In this document: piece by piece, positions 19,898 through 34,249 of the stretch | Position numbering within the stretch: position 1 is the first letter of the stretch | Layout: every line of letters begins with the position of its first letter | DNA from: the human T2T-CHM13v2.0 reference genome, Homo sapiens | Strand: one strand, 5' to 3' | DNA: 64,000 bases | NCBI RefSeq assembly: GCF_009914755.1 | Contig: NC_060938.1 | The notes under the pieces: generated by a model | Databases searched by the model: none | The model's input: only the letters and a program-made list of their open reading frames with translations | Told to the model about the DNA's origin: nothing | Translations under genes and position numbers: made by a program

Positions 19898-22800
19898 AAT
19901 CAGAAATGAAAGTGAAGACATTACAACAGGCACTTCAGAAATAAGAAGGATTATAAAGGACTATTATAAACAACTGTATGCCAACAAATTGGATAACCTA
20001 GAGGAAATGGATAAGTTTCTAGAATAAAACAGCCTACCAAAATTGAATCAGGAAGAAATGGAAAGTCTGAACAGACCAATAACAAAGAGATTGAAGAATT
20101 AATTAGAAACCTTTAACAAAAAGCCCAGAACTAGACAGCTTCACAGCTGAATTCTACCAAACATTCAAAGAATTATTACCAATATTTAAACTCTTCCAAA
20201 AAACAGAGTGAAGGGGAATACTTCCAAACATTTTATAAAGCCAGCATCCCCTCGATCCCTAAGCTAGACAGACACCAGAAGGAAAGAAAACTACAGGTCA
20301 ATTTCTCTGATGAACACTGATGCAAAAATCCTCAATAAAATATTAGCAAACTGAACCAATCCAACAACATATCAAAAAGATTATACACCCAGACGAAGTG
20401 GGACTTATCCCTGGCATGCGAGGCTGATTTAACACACACAAATCAATTGATGTGATACACCACATTAACAGAATAACAGTTAAAAACTATGTGATCATCT
20501 CAATTGACGTAGAAAAAGCATTCAACTAAGTCCAATATCATTTATTGAGTAAAACTCTTGACAGTTTAGGTATAGAAGGAAAGTTCTTCAACACAATAAA
20601 GGTAACTTATGAAAAACTCATCACTAACATTATAACCAATGAGGAAAAATCGAAAGCTTTTCTATTAACATCTGATACAGGGAAAGGATGCCCACTTTTG
20701 CTGCACCTATTCAAGATAGTACTGGAAGTACTAGCAAGAACAACCAGAGAAGAAAAAGAAATATAAGGCATCCAAATCAGAACAGAAAAAGTGAAATTAT
20801 CTTTATTTGCAGATGACATGATATGCTATGTAGAAAGCCCCTGAGATTCCACAAAAACAGTGTTACAACTAACATATGAATTCAGTAATGGTGCAGGATA
20901 CAAAATCAACATACAAAAATTGCTAGCATTTCTATATACAAATTATGACTTAGCTGAAAAATCAAGAAAACAATCCTATTTATGATACCATAAACATACT
21001 TAGAAATAAATTAACCAAGGAGGTGAAAGATTTATACTCTGAAAACTATAAAACATTGATGATAGAAATTTAAAACACAATGAAATGGAAAGATATCTTG
21101 GATTGAAATAATTAATATTGTTAAAATGTTCATACTACCCAAAGAAATATATAAATTTAATGGAATCCCCATAAAAACTCCAATGGCATTTTTCACAGAA
21201 ATAGAAAAATCAATTCTAAAATTCGTATGGAACCACAAAAAACCCTCAAATGGCCAAAGCTAAACTGAGAAAAAAACACAAAGGGGCATCATATTCCCTG
21301 ATTTAAAATTATATTACAGGCTGGGCACAGTGGCTTACACCTATAATCCCAGCATTATAGGCTGAAGAGGGATTGCTTGAGCTCAAAAGTTTGAGACCAG
21401 CCTGGGAAACATGGCAAAACCCCATCTCTTCCAAAAATAAATAAATTAGTCAGCGTGGTGGCGAGTGCCTATAGTTACAGCTACTCAGGAAGCTGAGGGA
21501 GAATCACTTGAGCCCAGAAGTTGAGGCTACAGTGAACTGTGATTGCACCACTGCATTCCAGCCTGGGTGAAAGAGTGAGACCCTGTCTCAAAAATAAATA
21601 AATAAAATATTATATTATATTATATTACAAAGCTACAGTCATCAGAATGGTACGGTACTGGCGTAAAAACAGAAGCATATACCAGTGGAACAAAACAGAG
21701 ATCCCAGAAATAAATCCAAACATATACAGTAAACTAATTTTTCACAAGGGCACCAAGATCAACAGGGAAAGGATAGTCTCTTCAACATGGTCTTGGGAAA
21801 ATGGCATTTCCACACGGAAAAGAATAAAACTGAATCCTTATCTTACACCATACACAAAAATCAACTTAAAATGGGGAAAAGACCAAAATATAAGACATGA
21901 AACCTAGAAGAGGACATAGAAGAAAAGCTCCTTGATACTGGCCTTGGCAATGATTTTTTGGACATCACACCAAAAGCTCAGGCTACAAATACAAAAATAA
22001 ATAAATGGTACTACATAAAACTAAAAAGCTTCTGCAGAACAAAGGTAACAGTCAACAAAACGAAAAGGCACCCTACAGAGGGAAAACATATTTGCAAACC
22101 GCTTATCTATTAAGGGATTAATATCTAAAATTTATAAGGGTCTTATAAGTCAATAGCAGAAAAGCAAATAAACGGATTAAAAACTGGACCTAAACAGACA
22201 TTTATTCAAAAACATAAAAACATTATTGAGGACCTAAACAGACATTTATTCAAAAATGGTGAACTGGTATATGAAAAGGCTCAACAATCTCATTAATCAT
22301 CACAGAAATGCAAATTAAAACCACTATGAGATATCACTTTATACTCATTAGAATGCTATTGCCAAAAAGGTAAGAGATAACAAACATCGGTAAGGATGTG
22401 GAGAAAGGGGAACACTAGTACACTGTTGGTAGAAATGTAGACTGTACAGCAATTATGAAAAAAAAAAAAAAAGTACGGAGGTTCTTAAAGAAATTAAACA
22501 TAGAACTACCATATGACCTAGCAAACCTTTTTCTGGGCATATACTCAAAGGAAATGAAATCACCACCTCCTCAGGATATCTGCATTCCTATGTTCACTGC
22601 AGTATTATTCACAATAACCAAGATATGCAAAACTGTCCATCAATGTACAAATTGATAAACTGTGGTATATATGCATACAATGTAATATTATTCAACCTTA
22701 AAAAAGGAGATTCTGCCACTTGCTACACATGAATGGACTTGGAGGACACTATGTGTCCTAAGTGAAATAAGCCAGACAAAGAAAGAAAAAATATTGCATG

Positions 22801-23162
22801 GTATCACTTATATGTGGAATCTAAAAAAAAAAAACAAAGGAGAAAATATACAGAGATAGAGAATAACACAGTGGTTACCAGGGGTGGAGTGGGGTATGAA
22901 ATTGGGACAAGGAGCTCAAAGGATACAAAGTAGCAGATATGTAGGATGAACAAGTCTAGAGATTTAACGCACAATAAAAATTGTATGGTATTTGGAATTT
23001 TGTAGATTTTAGCTGTTCTTGTCATACACACATAAAAAAACTAGATGAGATGATAGATATGTTAATTTGCTTCAATATAGTAACCGTTTTATTATCTATA
23101 TGTATCCCACAACATTTCATGTTGTAAACCCTAAATATACACAATAAACTTTATTTTAAAAA
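19898..23162 (+). mobile_element. L1MA, 5'-truncated (ORF2 remnant and 3' UTR)
   Basis: RT remnant tttgcagatgacatg at about 20810. TSD AAGACTG(T/C)AACC at 19886-19897 and 23163-23174. Confidence 0.9.
21319..21607 (+). mobile_element. AluJ inside L1MA
   Basis: Alu dimer flanked by ttatattaca repeats. Confidence 0.87.
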
Positions 23163-23303
23163 AAGACTGCAACCTTTAACCATATCATTGTTTCTTAAAG
23201 AAAACATAGTTTGCTGTACAACCACCCTATTTTCAAGACAGCACTGGGTGGAGTGGTGTACTACAACCAGAAACAGTGCTTGATCAATTCGATTTCTTAC
23301 TTA

Positions 23304-23525
<222 letters not shown>

Positions 23526-24039
23526 CTAGAAGTAATGAAGAGTCACATAAATTAATTAAACAAAACCCAAATACACTACAGAGAAAGACTCAAACTTCTT
23601 GCTTAAGAAAAAAATTGGGAACAAAGTCTTTTGCATGTTATCAACCAATATTTAATCTAGAATTGTTAGAATTGATTTGTTTGTACTGGTACTTTTTAAG
23701 TATTTGAGGATTTCTAATTAGTAGGAGTTAACCAGGAAAGGTATCAACTGCTGTGTACTATGCATCTTTTGTTAGCCTACTAGGTGTTAATGGTAAATTA
23801 TAAAGGCTGTCAGAGCACACCAAGGCCAGGGAGAAAAAGATCAAGTATGGAAATAGTTTGGGGAAAAGTTAAAATGGTAATATCAGTTTGACAAAATGAT
23901 TAATTTGGTGTGTTGTATTTACTCATAAAACTGGCTTCCTGATTTGTTAGTACTTATTACAGTCCACAACAAAAATTAGAAATGCAGAACTTAATTACAG
24001 TTTAGTTACATTTAAAAAACAACAAGGTGACCTGTAAAA

Positions 24040-25103
24040 AGATTTTAAACAATTTTTATTTTCTGATTATAAATATAATACATGTTAATATCAGGGTTGT
24101 TGCATTGGATGATATTCCCCGGACCTGTGTGATGTACAGAAGCCAAGAATTTGTGTTCATTACAGAAAATTAGGGAAATACAGGAGAATAAAAAAAAATT
24201 GAAAATCGCCAGTATTTCCCTACTTAGAGAAAACCATTTATATATATGCTTTGCAATTAAAAAATGAGAATAACAGGTAAAATGGAGAATTACAAAAAAA
24301 ATCCCTGCACCATATGAACTGAACACATGTCAAATATCAGTGTCAGTTACTAATGGCTGAATACATATATGATTGTTAGATTTTTGTGCCATTACTGTAA
24401 GATTACCTCAATCTCTTCCAGTTTAAAATTTATTTTTAACTCAGTAATACATTTACATAATTAAAAATTTTAAAGCATTAAAAAAGCACACCAAAATTCT
24501 TCCTTTCATGTCTCTCGCCTGCAACTACTCAGTTACCTTCTCAGAAAGCAATTTAAGTATCTTTAGAAAAATATTATCTGCATATATAATCAAATTCTTA
24601 TATGTTTGTATGCACACATCCATTCACGTTAGTGTGCACATACACACAGTACATGCATATAAAACATTCTGCATCTTGCTTTTGGAATTAATATACCTTG
24701 AAAAACACTCCTTATTAGTAAGTAAAGAGATTCCTCATTTTTGGTTCCTGGCTTCACAGAAGTTCATTTTACTGAGGTACAATCATTTAGTCCCCTACTT
24801 GAAGGACATTTAGGTTGTTTTCTGTCTTTTGCTATCACAGTCAATGCTGCAGCAAATAACACTGAACTCATATCATGCTCCATTTGTGAAAGTACAGCTA
24901 CGGACAAATAGTTAAACGTGAAACTTTAAGTCAAAGGGCATGTGGACTTCTAATTTCAAAACACACTACCAAGTTGCCCTCCACAGATGCCACCAACAAT
25001 GTATGAGAATGCCCGTTTCCCTCATAGCCTTTGAAATATAGTATATTATCACACTTTATGATCTTTGCTAATCTGATAGGTGACAAATGGTATCTCCAGG
25101 TAG
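24040..25103 (-). mobile_element. Old L1ME-type 3' fragments
   Basis: Antisense L1 motifs, e.g. ggacatttaggttgttttctgtc, caccaacaatgtatgagaatgcccgtttccctc. Confidence 0.6.
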
Positions 25104-26077
25104 ATTTTTTGTTTTGTTTTACTTTAGTTCAGAAAGTTACTTATTTTCAAGTCAATTCTCTGATAATGTAAAGGAGAAAGTCTCAGTTTAGTGTTCCTTT
25201 GCTGTAAACACTTCACATTTGCTGATCTCTATTGTTTAAATTAAACATCTGGAGAGTCATATGAAGAAATGAAAAAAATAAAAAGAAATCCCATGTACAC
25301 TTTACCCAGAGCCCCCCAGTGCAAAACTCTATCACCACCAGGATACTGACGACATTGATATAGTTAAGAGAGCATGTTCAAAAATTCAAGAATCCCCCAT
25401 ATTGCCCTCTTATGTGAGCCATACCCACTTCACTCCTACTCTATCCCCTCCTTAACCCCTGGCAATCACTCACTCATCTGTTCTTCACTTCTATAACTAT
25501 CATTTCAAGAATGTTGTACGAATTAAAGGACATAGGATGTAACCTTTTCAAGTGTTTGGAGATTTTCCTGTTATCTTTTTGTTAATGATTTCAAGTTTGA
25601 TTCCATTGGGGTTCAAGGACATACTCTATTATTTCAATGCTTTTAAATTTGTTGAGGCTTGTTTTATGGCCCAGGATATGATCTGTCTTGGTATATGTTC
25701 TGTGGGAACTTGAAAATAACGTATATTCTGCCATTGTTGGGTGGAATATTTTACATATGTAGATTAGATCTTGTTGGTAGCTGCTGTTGTTGAATTCCTC
25801 CATATACTTGCTGATTTTGTCTAGTTTTCCTCTTAACTGTTGAGGAGTGAAGTCTCCAACCATAATTGTGAATTTCTCTATTTCTTCTTTCAGTTCTATC
25901 AGCTTTAGTGTCACATATTTTGTAGCTCTGTTATTTGGTGCACATGTATTTAGCATTGCTATGTCTTCTTGGTGAACTGATCCTTCTATAATTATATAAT
26001 GTCCTTCTGGTCTCCAGTAATTCTCTTTGCTCTAAAGTTGATCTGATATTAATGCAGTCACTCTGGCTTTTCTTTGA

Positions 26078-26474
<397 letters not shown>

Positions 26475-27198
26475 TGAGTTTCTTTTAGGTAACACATAGG
26501 TGGGTCATATTTTTTAATCCACTCTGCTAATCTCTGTCTTTTAATTGGTACATTTAGATCATTTATATTTCATGTAATTATTGACAGGTTAGGGCTTAAG
26601 CTTGCCATCTTATTTTCTGTTTTCTGTTTTTCATTTCTCTGTTTTATTTTTCCTGCCTCCTGTGGCTAACTTGAACATTTTCTAGAACTCTGTTTTTAAC
26701 TATCATTCTTTTGAGTGTACACTGTTGTACAGTTTTGTAGTGGTTGCTCTATGTCTTACATTATATATACATAACTTATCACAGCCTACTAGTGTTGTCA
26801 TTTTACCAGTTTAAGTAAAGTAACCCTACCTTACTATATGTTCCTTTACCATCCCTGTTTGAAATATAGTTGTCATAAATATTTCCTCTACATATATTTG
26901 AAAACACATTAGACAGTGTTATAATTTTTGCTTCAACAGTCAAAAATAATTAAGACAACTCAAGATGAGAAAGCACAGTGATTGTATCTATCCATTTTTT
27001 TCTTGCCATGGTCTGCCTTCCTGATGTTTCAAAATTCCTCCTTTTATCATTTCCTTTCTATTAATAAAACTGCTTTCAGTGATTGTTTTAGGGTAGGTCT
27101 GCTAGTAACAAGTTCTCTAAGTTTCTCTTCATTTGAGAATGTTTTGACCTTCTCTTCATTCCTGAAGGATATGTTTGCAAGCTATCAGATTCTGGGTC

Positions 27199-27520
27199 TG
27201 CTGGGCACAGTGGCTCATGCCTGTAATCCCAGCACTTTGGGAGGGGGAGGTGGGAGGATTGCCTGAGAACAGGAGTTTGAGACCAGCCTGGCCAACATGT
27301 TGAAACCCTGTCTCTACCAAAATTACAAAAAAAATTAGCTGGGTGTGGTGGCGCATGACTGTAATCCCAGCTTCGTCGGGAGGCTGAGGCACAAGAATCA
27401 CTTGAACTCAGGAGGTGGTGGAGGTTGCAATGAGCCGAGATCATGCCACTGCACTCCAGCCTGAATGACAGAGTGAGACTCCACCTCAAAACAAACAGAC
27501 AAAATAAACAAACAAAAAAC
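27199..27520 (+). mobile_element. AluS/J
   Basis: Alu dimer with (CAAA)n tail, flanked by cagattctg repeats. Confidence 0.9.
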
Positions 27521-27930
27521 AGATTCTGAGTTGACAGTTCTTTTTTCTTTCAGCACCTGGCTCCCACAGTTTCTGATAAGAAATTTGCTATCTCTTTAAT
27601 AGTTTCCCCCCACAGATAAGGTACACTTTTTCTCTGGATGCTTTCAAGAATTTTTGTCTTTAGCTTTCAGAAATTAAATTATGATGTGTGTTACTATAGA
27701 TTTCTTTTGATTTATCCTGTTTGGGTTTCACCGACCTTTTTGAATCTACAGCTTTATGTCTCTCACCAAATTTAGGAAGTTTTCAGCACTTTCTTCAAGT
27801 ATTTCCAGTACTTTTTCAGACCCAGGCTCTTTCTCCTCTCCTTCTTGGACTCAGATAACAGAATGCTAGACTTTTTTTTTTTTTTGTTAATGTCCCTCAG
27901 GTCCCTGATGCTCTGTTCATTATTTTTAGG

Positions 27931-28266
27931 TTTCTTTTCTTTTCCTTTTTTTTCTTTTTCTTTTTTTCTTTTTTTTTTTTTTTTTGAGACAGGGTCTGCT
28001 CTATCACCCAGGCTGGAGAGCAGTGACATGATCTTTACTCACTGTAACCTCCACCTCCGGGACTCAAGCAATCCTCCCATCTCATCTTCTCAAGTAGCTG
28101 GGATCACAGTTGCCTGCCACCACACCTGGTTAATTTTTGTATATTTTTGGAGAGATGGGATCTCACTATGTTGCCCAGGCTGGTCTCAAAACTCCTGGCT
28201 CAAGCAATCTCCAGCTTCAGCCTCACAAAATGCTAGGGTTACAGGTGTAAGCCACCATGCCCAGCC
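27931..28266 (-). mobile_element. AluJ
   Basis: Long T/C-rich tail followed by an antisense Alu. Confidence 0.88.
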
Positions 28267-29589
28267 TAAGTTTGTTTTCTGTGCTGTTTAGGCTGTTTCT
28301 ACTGTTTTATCTTCCAGTTTACTGATTCTTCTGTACCCCCATTCCCACTCCACTTGGTTGTTGGGTACAACTACATAGCCTTTTATTTCAGTTATTACAT
28401 TTTTCACTCTAAAACTTTCATTTGGTTGTTCTTTACATTTTCTATTTCTTTGCTGAGACTATTTTTCATTTGTTTCAATTGTGTTACCAATTACTTACTG
28501 AAGCATTTCTATCAAGGTTGTTTTAAATATTTGTAATCTTGGTGTGGGCATCTGCTGTCTTTTTTTAAAATTCATTTTGAGATTTTCCTGGTTCTGGATA
28601 TGATGTGTAATTTTTTATTGAAATGTACACATTTTCATAAGACTCTGGATCTTATTTAAAATTCCTGTTTTAGCTGGTTGTTTGAAGACTCTGCTGTATG
28701 CGGGAAAAGAGCAGAGAATCAGGTGAAAGTGCTGACTTGTTTCTGTCAGGTGGAGGTAAAATTATATGTTCCCTACTCAATCTCTGTTGACACCTGGGAA
28801 ACAGGGAAGATCCTCATTACTGATATGTGGAAGCAGGAGTTCTGGCTTCCTATGTGATGTTCACTGACACAGTCGTAAGGGTGACCTCACTACTGCTGGG
28901 TGATGGTAAAAGTCCCAATTCTCCATGAGGCCTCCTCTGAAATGACTCCAGTGGACAGCAGGTGCCTCAGTAATATTGGTGGCGATGGAATTCTACATTT
29001 CCCATGTAGTCTCCACTGACTCTTGGGTGTGAATGGGAGACTCATTACCAACTGGTAGACATGAAAGTCTTGGATTTCTACTTGGCCTTCTCTGGCACTA
29101 TTTGATACTAGCCCAGTGTGGTGTTGGGGGCACCTCATTACAGCCTCATGAAGATGGAAGTCTAGGCTCCTTACCTGACCTTTGCTGTGAGGTTGGGGAT
29201 GGGGTCAAGGAATTGTCTGTGGTGTTTGGCTACAGTAGTGCAGTTATTATCTAAATGTTTTTCTGTCTTTTTAGGTTGCTCCTTTCCTGGTCCTTTGGCT
29301 AGGAAGAGCAGGCTTTGGTTGGTGCTTTTTGTTTGCACCCATTGGTGTTTCTAGGTTGCTGACTTATTCAGCTCCAAGTCTGGGATATATGAGGCAAAAA
29401 AGAAAACCCAGAAAATGCGCCACTATGTCATTCTTCCGTCCTAAAGTCCCTAGTTATTCTGTCTTTTCTCCATCTTTCAGAGTCTTCTTATGCTTGTTTT
29501 ATATGTAATGTCTTATGCTTATTGTACTCAGTAGGAAGAATACAGAAAGTATATCTATTTGACTTTCCCAGAAGTGGAAATCTCCTCTG

Positions 29590-30985
29590 TACAATTTAAT
29601 GGATTTCAGGATATTCACAGTTAAGTGCAATCATCACTACAGTCAATTATAGAACATCTTCATCATTTCCCAAAGAAACCCCATATCTTTTAGTTGTCAC
29701 CCCCCTCCTCCCTCATGCCCTTAACTAGCCCTAAGCAACCATTAACCTACTTTCTGTCTCTATAAATACACCTATTGTGGATATTACATATAAATGGACC
29801 ATTAATATGTGATCTTGATGATTGGTTTCTTTCATTTAGCACAATGTTTTCAAGGTACATTCATGCTGTAGCACATAATCACTTTCTTCCTTTTTATGAC
29901 CGAATAATATTCCCTTTTATTGGATACACCACAGTTTAGCCATTCATCCATTGATGGACATCTGGGTTGTTTCTACCGTTTTGCTAGAGTAAATAATGCT
30001 GCCAAGAACATTCATGGCCAGGCTTTTGCATGGACATATGCTTTCATTTCCCTTGGGTATATACTTTGGGGGTAGAACTGTTTGGTCACATGGCAACTCA
30101 ACATTTAACTGTTTGATGAACTGCCAGAATGTTTTCCACAGTGGCTGCACATTTTACATACCTACTAGCAGTGTATGAGGGTTCAGATTGCTCCTAATCC
30201 TAGCCAACAGTTGTTATTACCTGACTTTCTGATTATAGTTATCTTAATGGGTGTGAAATGATACCTACTATGGTTTTGATTTGCATTTCTCTGACAGCAA
30301 AGGATGTTGAGCACCTTTTCATGTGCTTATTGGTCATATATCTTTTCTGGCGAAATGTCTATTAGGTCCTTTGATCATTTTTTAGTTGGGTATCTTCTAA
30401 TCATTGATTTGTACAACTAGTTTGTATATTCTAGATACTAGTCTCTTATCAGACTTCACCTTGAAGCACAAAAATTTTAATTTTAATAAAGTACAATTAT
30501 CTGGTTTTGTCTTTGTTGCTCATGATTTGTGTCTTATCTAAAAATCCTTTGCAAAATCCAAGATAATGAGGATTTATTCCTATATTTTCTTCTAAAGTTT
30601 TAAAATTCTAGGTCTTAACATTTAGGTCTGTGATCCATTTGGAGTTAATTTTTGTATATGGTATGGGGTAAGAGTCTGGTTTCATTCTTTGCATATGGCT
30701 CATGGTCTCAGCACCATTTGTTGAAAAGACTATTCTTTCTCCATTGGATGGTTGTGGCACCCTTGTCAAAAACGGCTGACCACAAATATGGGGTCTATTT
30801 GTGGACTCTCAGTTCTATTCCACTGATCTATATGTCTATCCTTGTACCAGCAGTACCACACTATCTTCTTTTTCTTTTTCCTAAGTTCTGCCCCAGGATC
30901 TATCCACACTACCTTGATTAGCATTGCTGTGTAGTAAGTTTTGAAATCAAGAAGTGTAAATCTTCCTAACTTGTTCTTTTTCATG
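29590..30985 (-). mobile_element. L1MB-type 3' UTR and ORF2 end
   Basis: ccattcatccattgatggacatctgggttgtttc; ORF2 remnants in ORFs 29944..30150 and 30766..30984. Confidence 0.82.
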
Positions 30986-31209
30986 TCTCCCTTACTTTTA
31001 CTAATACTTTTATGGTATTTTACTTTTTTTAACAGAAAATCTACTTAGGATGTTTTTTATACTTTTCAAAGCATTTTCACATACATAAGCTCAATTGAAC
31101 TTCACATCATCTCTGTTGGGTAAAAAAGTATACTACACGTTTGACAAATAACCAAAGAGGCAAAAAGAGCTTAAATAACTCACTTAAGGTAAAACAGCAG
31201 GTTAATATC

Positions 31210-31890
31210 ATCCATCAATTCCACTACTGGGTATTTATTCAAAGAAAAGGAAATCAGTATATCAAACAGATACCTGCACTGCCATATTTATTGCAGCTTT
31301 ATTCACAACAGCCAAGATATGGAAATAACGTAAATATCCATCAACAGATGAATGAATAAAGAAAATGTGGTATGCATACACAATGCAATACTATTCAGCC
31401 ATAAAAAGGAATGGAATCCTATCATTTGCAGAAGCATGGATAGAATTGGAGGTCATTATAAGACAAATAAACCAGACACAGAAAGACAAACATAACATGT
31501 TCTCACTCATATGTGGGAGCTAAAAAAGTTGATTTCATGGAGGTAAAGAATAGAATGACAGTTACCAGAGGCAGGTGAAGGTGGTGGTTGTGGTGTGGAG
31601 ATGAAGATAGGCTGGCTAATGAATACGAAACATATAGTGAGATAGAAGGAATAAGTCCTACTGTTCAATAGCACATTAGCATGACTGTAGTTAACAATAA
31701 TATATTATGTCAGAATAGCTAGAAGAGGAGATTTGAAATGTTCCCAACACAAACAAATGATAAATGTTTGAAGTGATGGGTATCCTAAATACCCTGAACT
31801 GATCACTACACATTGTATGCACTTACCAAAATTATATGTTCCACATAAATATGTACAATTATTATGTAGCAATAAAAATTTTTAAAAGAA
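31210..31890 (+). mobile_element. L1MA 3' end
   Basis: caattccactactgggtatttattcaaag...aaatgttcccaacacaaacaaatgataaatgtttgaag. Confidence 0.83.
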
Positions 31891-33321
31891 ATGAAGTCAG
31901 TAAAAACATACTGATCTAAATACTACCAACAACCACCTTGACCTAATTGACATACCTAGTTCATTACACTCAATAACGACAGAGTATACACATTGTTTTC
32001 AAGGGAACAGGGTACCTATACTGGGTTATATTATATTTCAAAATACTGATATCTTACAGAGTATATTCTGTGATCACAATGGTATAGAATTAGGTATCAA
32101 TAACGATATCTAGAAAAAACTCACATATTTTGAAATTAAACTACACATTTATAAATAAGCTATGTATCCCAAGGAAAAAATAATAAAAAAATAGGTTAGA
32201 TTAGCCATAAAAATCTATATAAAACACTAAAGGCTGACATATCAGACACTGTGAAAGGCACTGAGAATTAAAAAAAAAAATCACTGAGATGAAAATGCCT
32301 GCCCTCTAGAAGCTTATAGTCTAATGCAGTGCTCTTTAACAATTTTGCTCATATACTCTCTATAGCAATTTTGGAAAACTATTAAATTGAAAACTGTAAT
32401 AATAATTTTTATCAAAAGTTTAAATGGTAGCCAAGGATACAATTTCCAGTGTACTATATAATAAATATATGTGCTTTAAGTGTATTTTCATCAAAATCTT
32501 GGAGCTACAGATTTGGCTGATTCAATATATGTAAAATGTCTGGTATTAAACTGATCACAAGCCAATTACCCACATCAGATTTACTTTCTGTTAGAACATG
32601 TCTGGTACTTCATTTTTCAATTCAAATAAACATACTTATACAAATCCTTATGACAAATACCCACCTTCTGAGTTATAATTCTAAGACAGACAGATTTGGT
32701 ACAGGAACCTTGACATGGGTTGGTTTCTTGAATGACATAAAGTATAATACCTTTCAATATTTCTTGCTTTGCTGACAGGGACTTTCTCCTAAAAGTATAC
32801 CCACTAGAACTGTCTATTTTGTTGGTGCTAAAACCCTCTGGGACAATGTAGGATTTGGGATGGGTAAGCAGTATGCTTTTCTTTTACAAAGTAAATGAGA
32901 GACAAGAGACTGTAGAAGGGTTTTCTGGCATTAGTTTTGGTAAACTTGAGGATCTGGAAGCTAATTTCCTCAAAACTGTGTATACCCACACATTCCTGGA
33001 AAGCCTTTGTGTAGCCATTAGGTCCTAGTTTGAAGACCACCAGTCCAGTGGTCACAGCTGTAAGGAAAATCCAGATCTTATAAACCTATGAGTTTAGTAC
33101 TCTTTCACAATATACTGTCTCATAAAATAGTCAACATCTTTCCTTTCAAAGTCCCAACTGCTGCTGTATGTGCAGACAAAATGGAAGGCAGAAACAATAA
33201 CAAACTAGTTGTTAAGTTGTTGTATCTCCTAAAATAATACTTCTATAATAAGCTAGGAAAAAAAAGAAAAATAAGCTTATGCTTCCAAATATAAATATTT
33301 CGTATAATTTAAAAATAATAC

Positions 33322-33445
33322 CTCCCAACCAAGACCAGCTACAAAATCTTCATATGCTTGACTTCCTCCTGTATTGGTGAGAATGGAGTGTTTGTCTTCT
33401 TGTCCTTCAGCAACATAAAATACTGCAATCTTGTGTGTCTCTCGG
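33322..33445 (-). CDS. RALGAPA1: RALGAPA1 coding exon (124 nt, phase 2-0), start of Rap-GAP domain: (C)[41 protein letters not shown]
   Basis: Acceptor ttttatag|CCG and donor GAG|gtatta. THKIAVxYV...GLG motif is typical of TSC2/RalGAP GAP domains. Confidence 0.95.
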
Positions 33446-33913
33446 CTATAAAACAAAAGATTACACCATTAATTTAATCACTATTTTATCTACTCATTCA
33501 TCCAACAATTAAGTTCTATGTACAAAGTATGTAGCAATAAAAAGATGAAAAAGAATTAGATCTTATAGTCTACAGAAGGAGATATAAATGCAATGTAAGT
33601 AAAAAATTACTACAAAATTGCCATTAGAATAAAAGACAGGCACGATCACTTTTGACTGCAAAAACAGAAACTTAAAGGAGAAGATAAAATTGAGTTAGAT
33701 GAAGGTAAGAAAGATTTGACAAATGAAGAGAAAGAGCATCAGGAAGGACACATAGGTGTGAATACATAAGCATCTTAAGAGTTGTCTGTTTTGCAATGTA
33801 GCCGAATCCCATGGTTGAAGGGACTGCATTTTAGAACTAAGTAGGAGTACAGAGATGAGTGAGAAAGGACCCAATCCTTCAAAGTACTTACGAGGTAGAA
33901 GAAGAAACACACA

Positions 33914-34249
33914 CAGTTATGTGTTGCTTAACAACAGGGATAAATTCTGAGAAATGTGTCTTTAGGCAATTCTGTTATTGTGTGAACATTATAGATGTAC
34001 TCACATAAACCTAGATGGTACAGCCTACTACACAACCTTGGCTATCAGGTATATCCTATTGTTGCTAAGCTACAAATCTGTACAACATGTTACTGTAGGA
34101 ATACTGTAGGCAATTATGACATACTGTTAAGTATGTGTGTGTGTAAATACACCTAAACAGAAAGGGTGCAGCAAAAATAAGGTATTATAATCTTATGAGA
34201 CTACTGTCATATATGTGGTCCATTGTTGATGAAAGCATAGTTATGCAGC
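33914..34249 (+). mobile_element. Tigger3a/MER7-like DNA transposon
   Basis: cagttatgtgttgcttaacaacagggataaattctgagaaatgtgtc...acctagatggtacagcctactacac. Confidence 0.8.
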
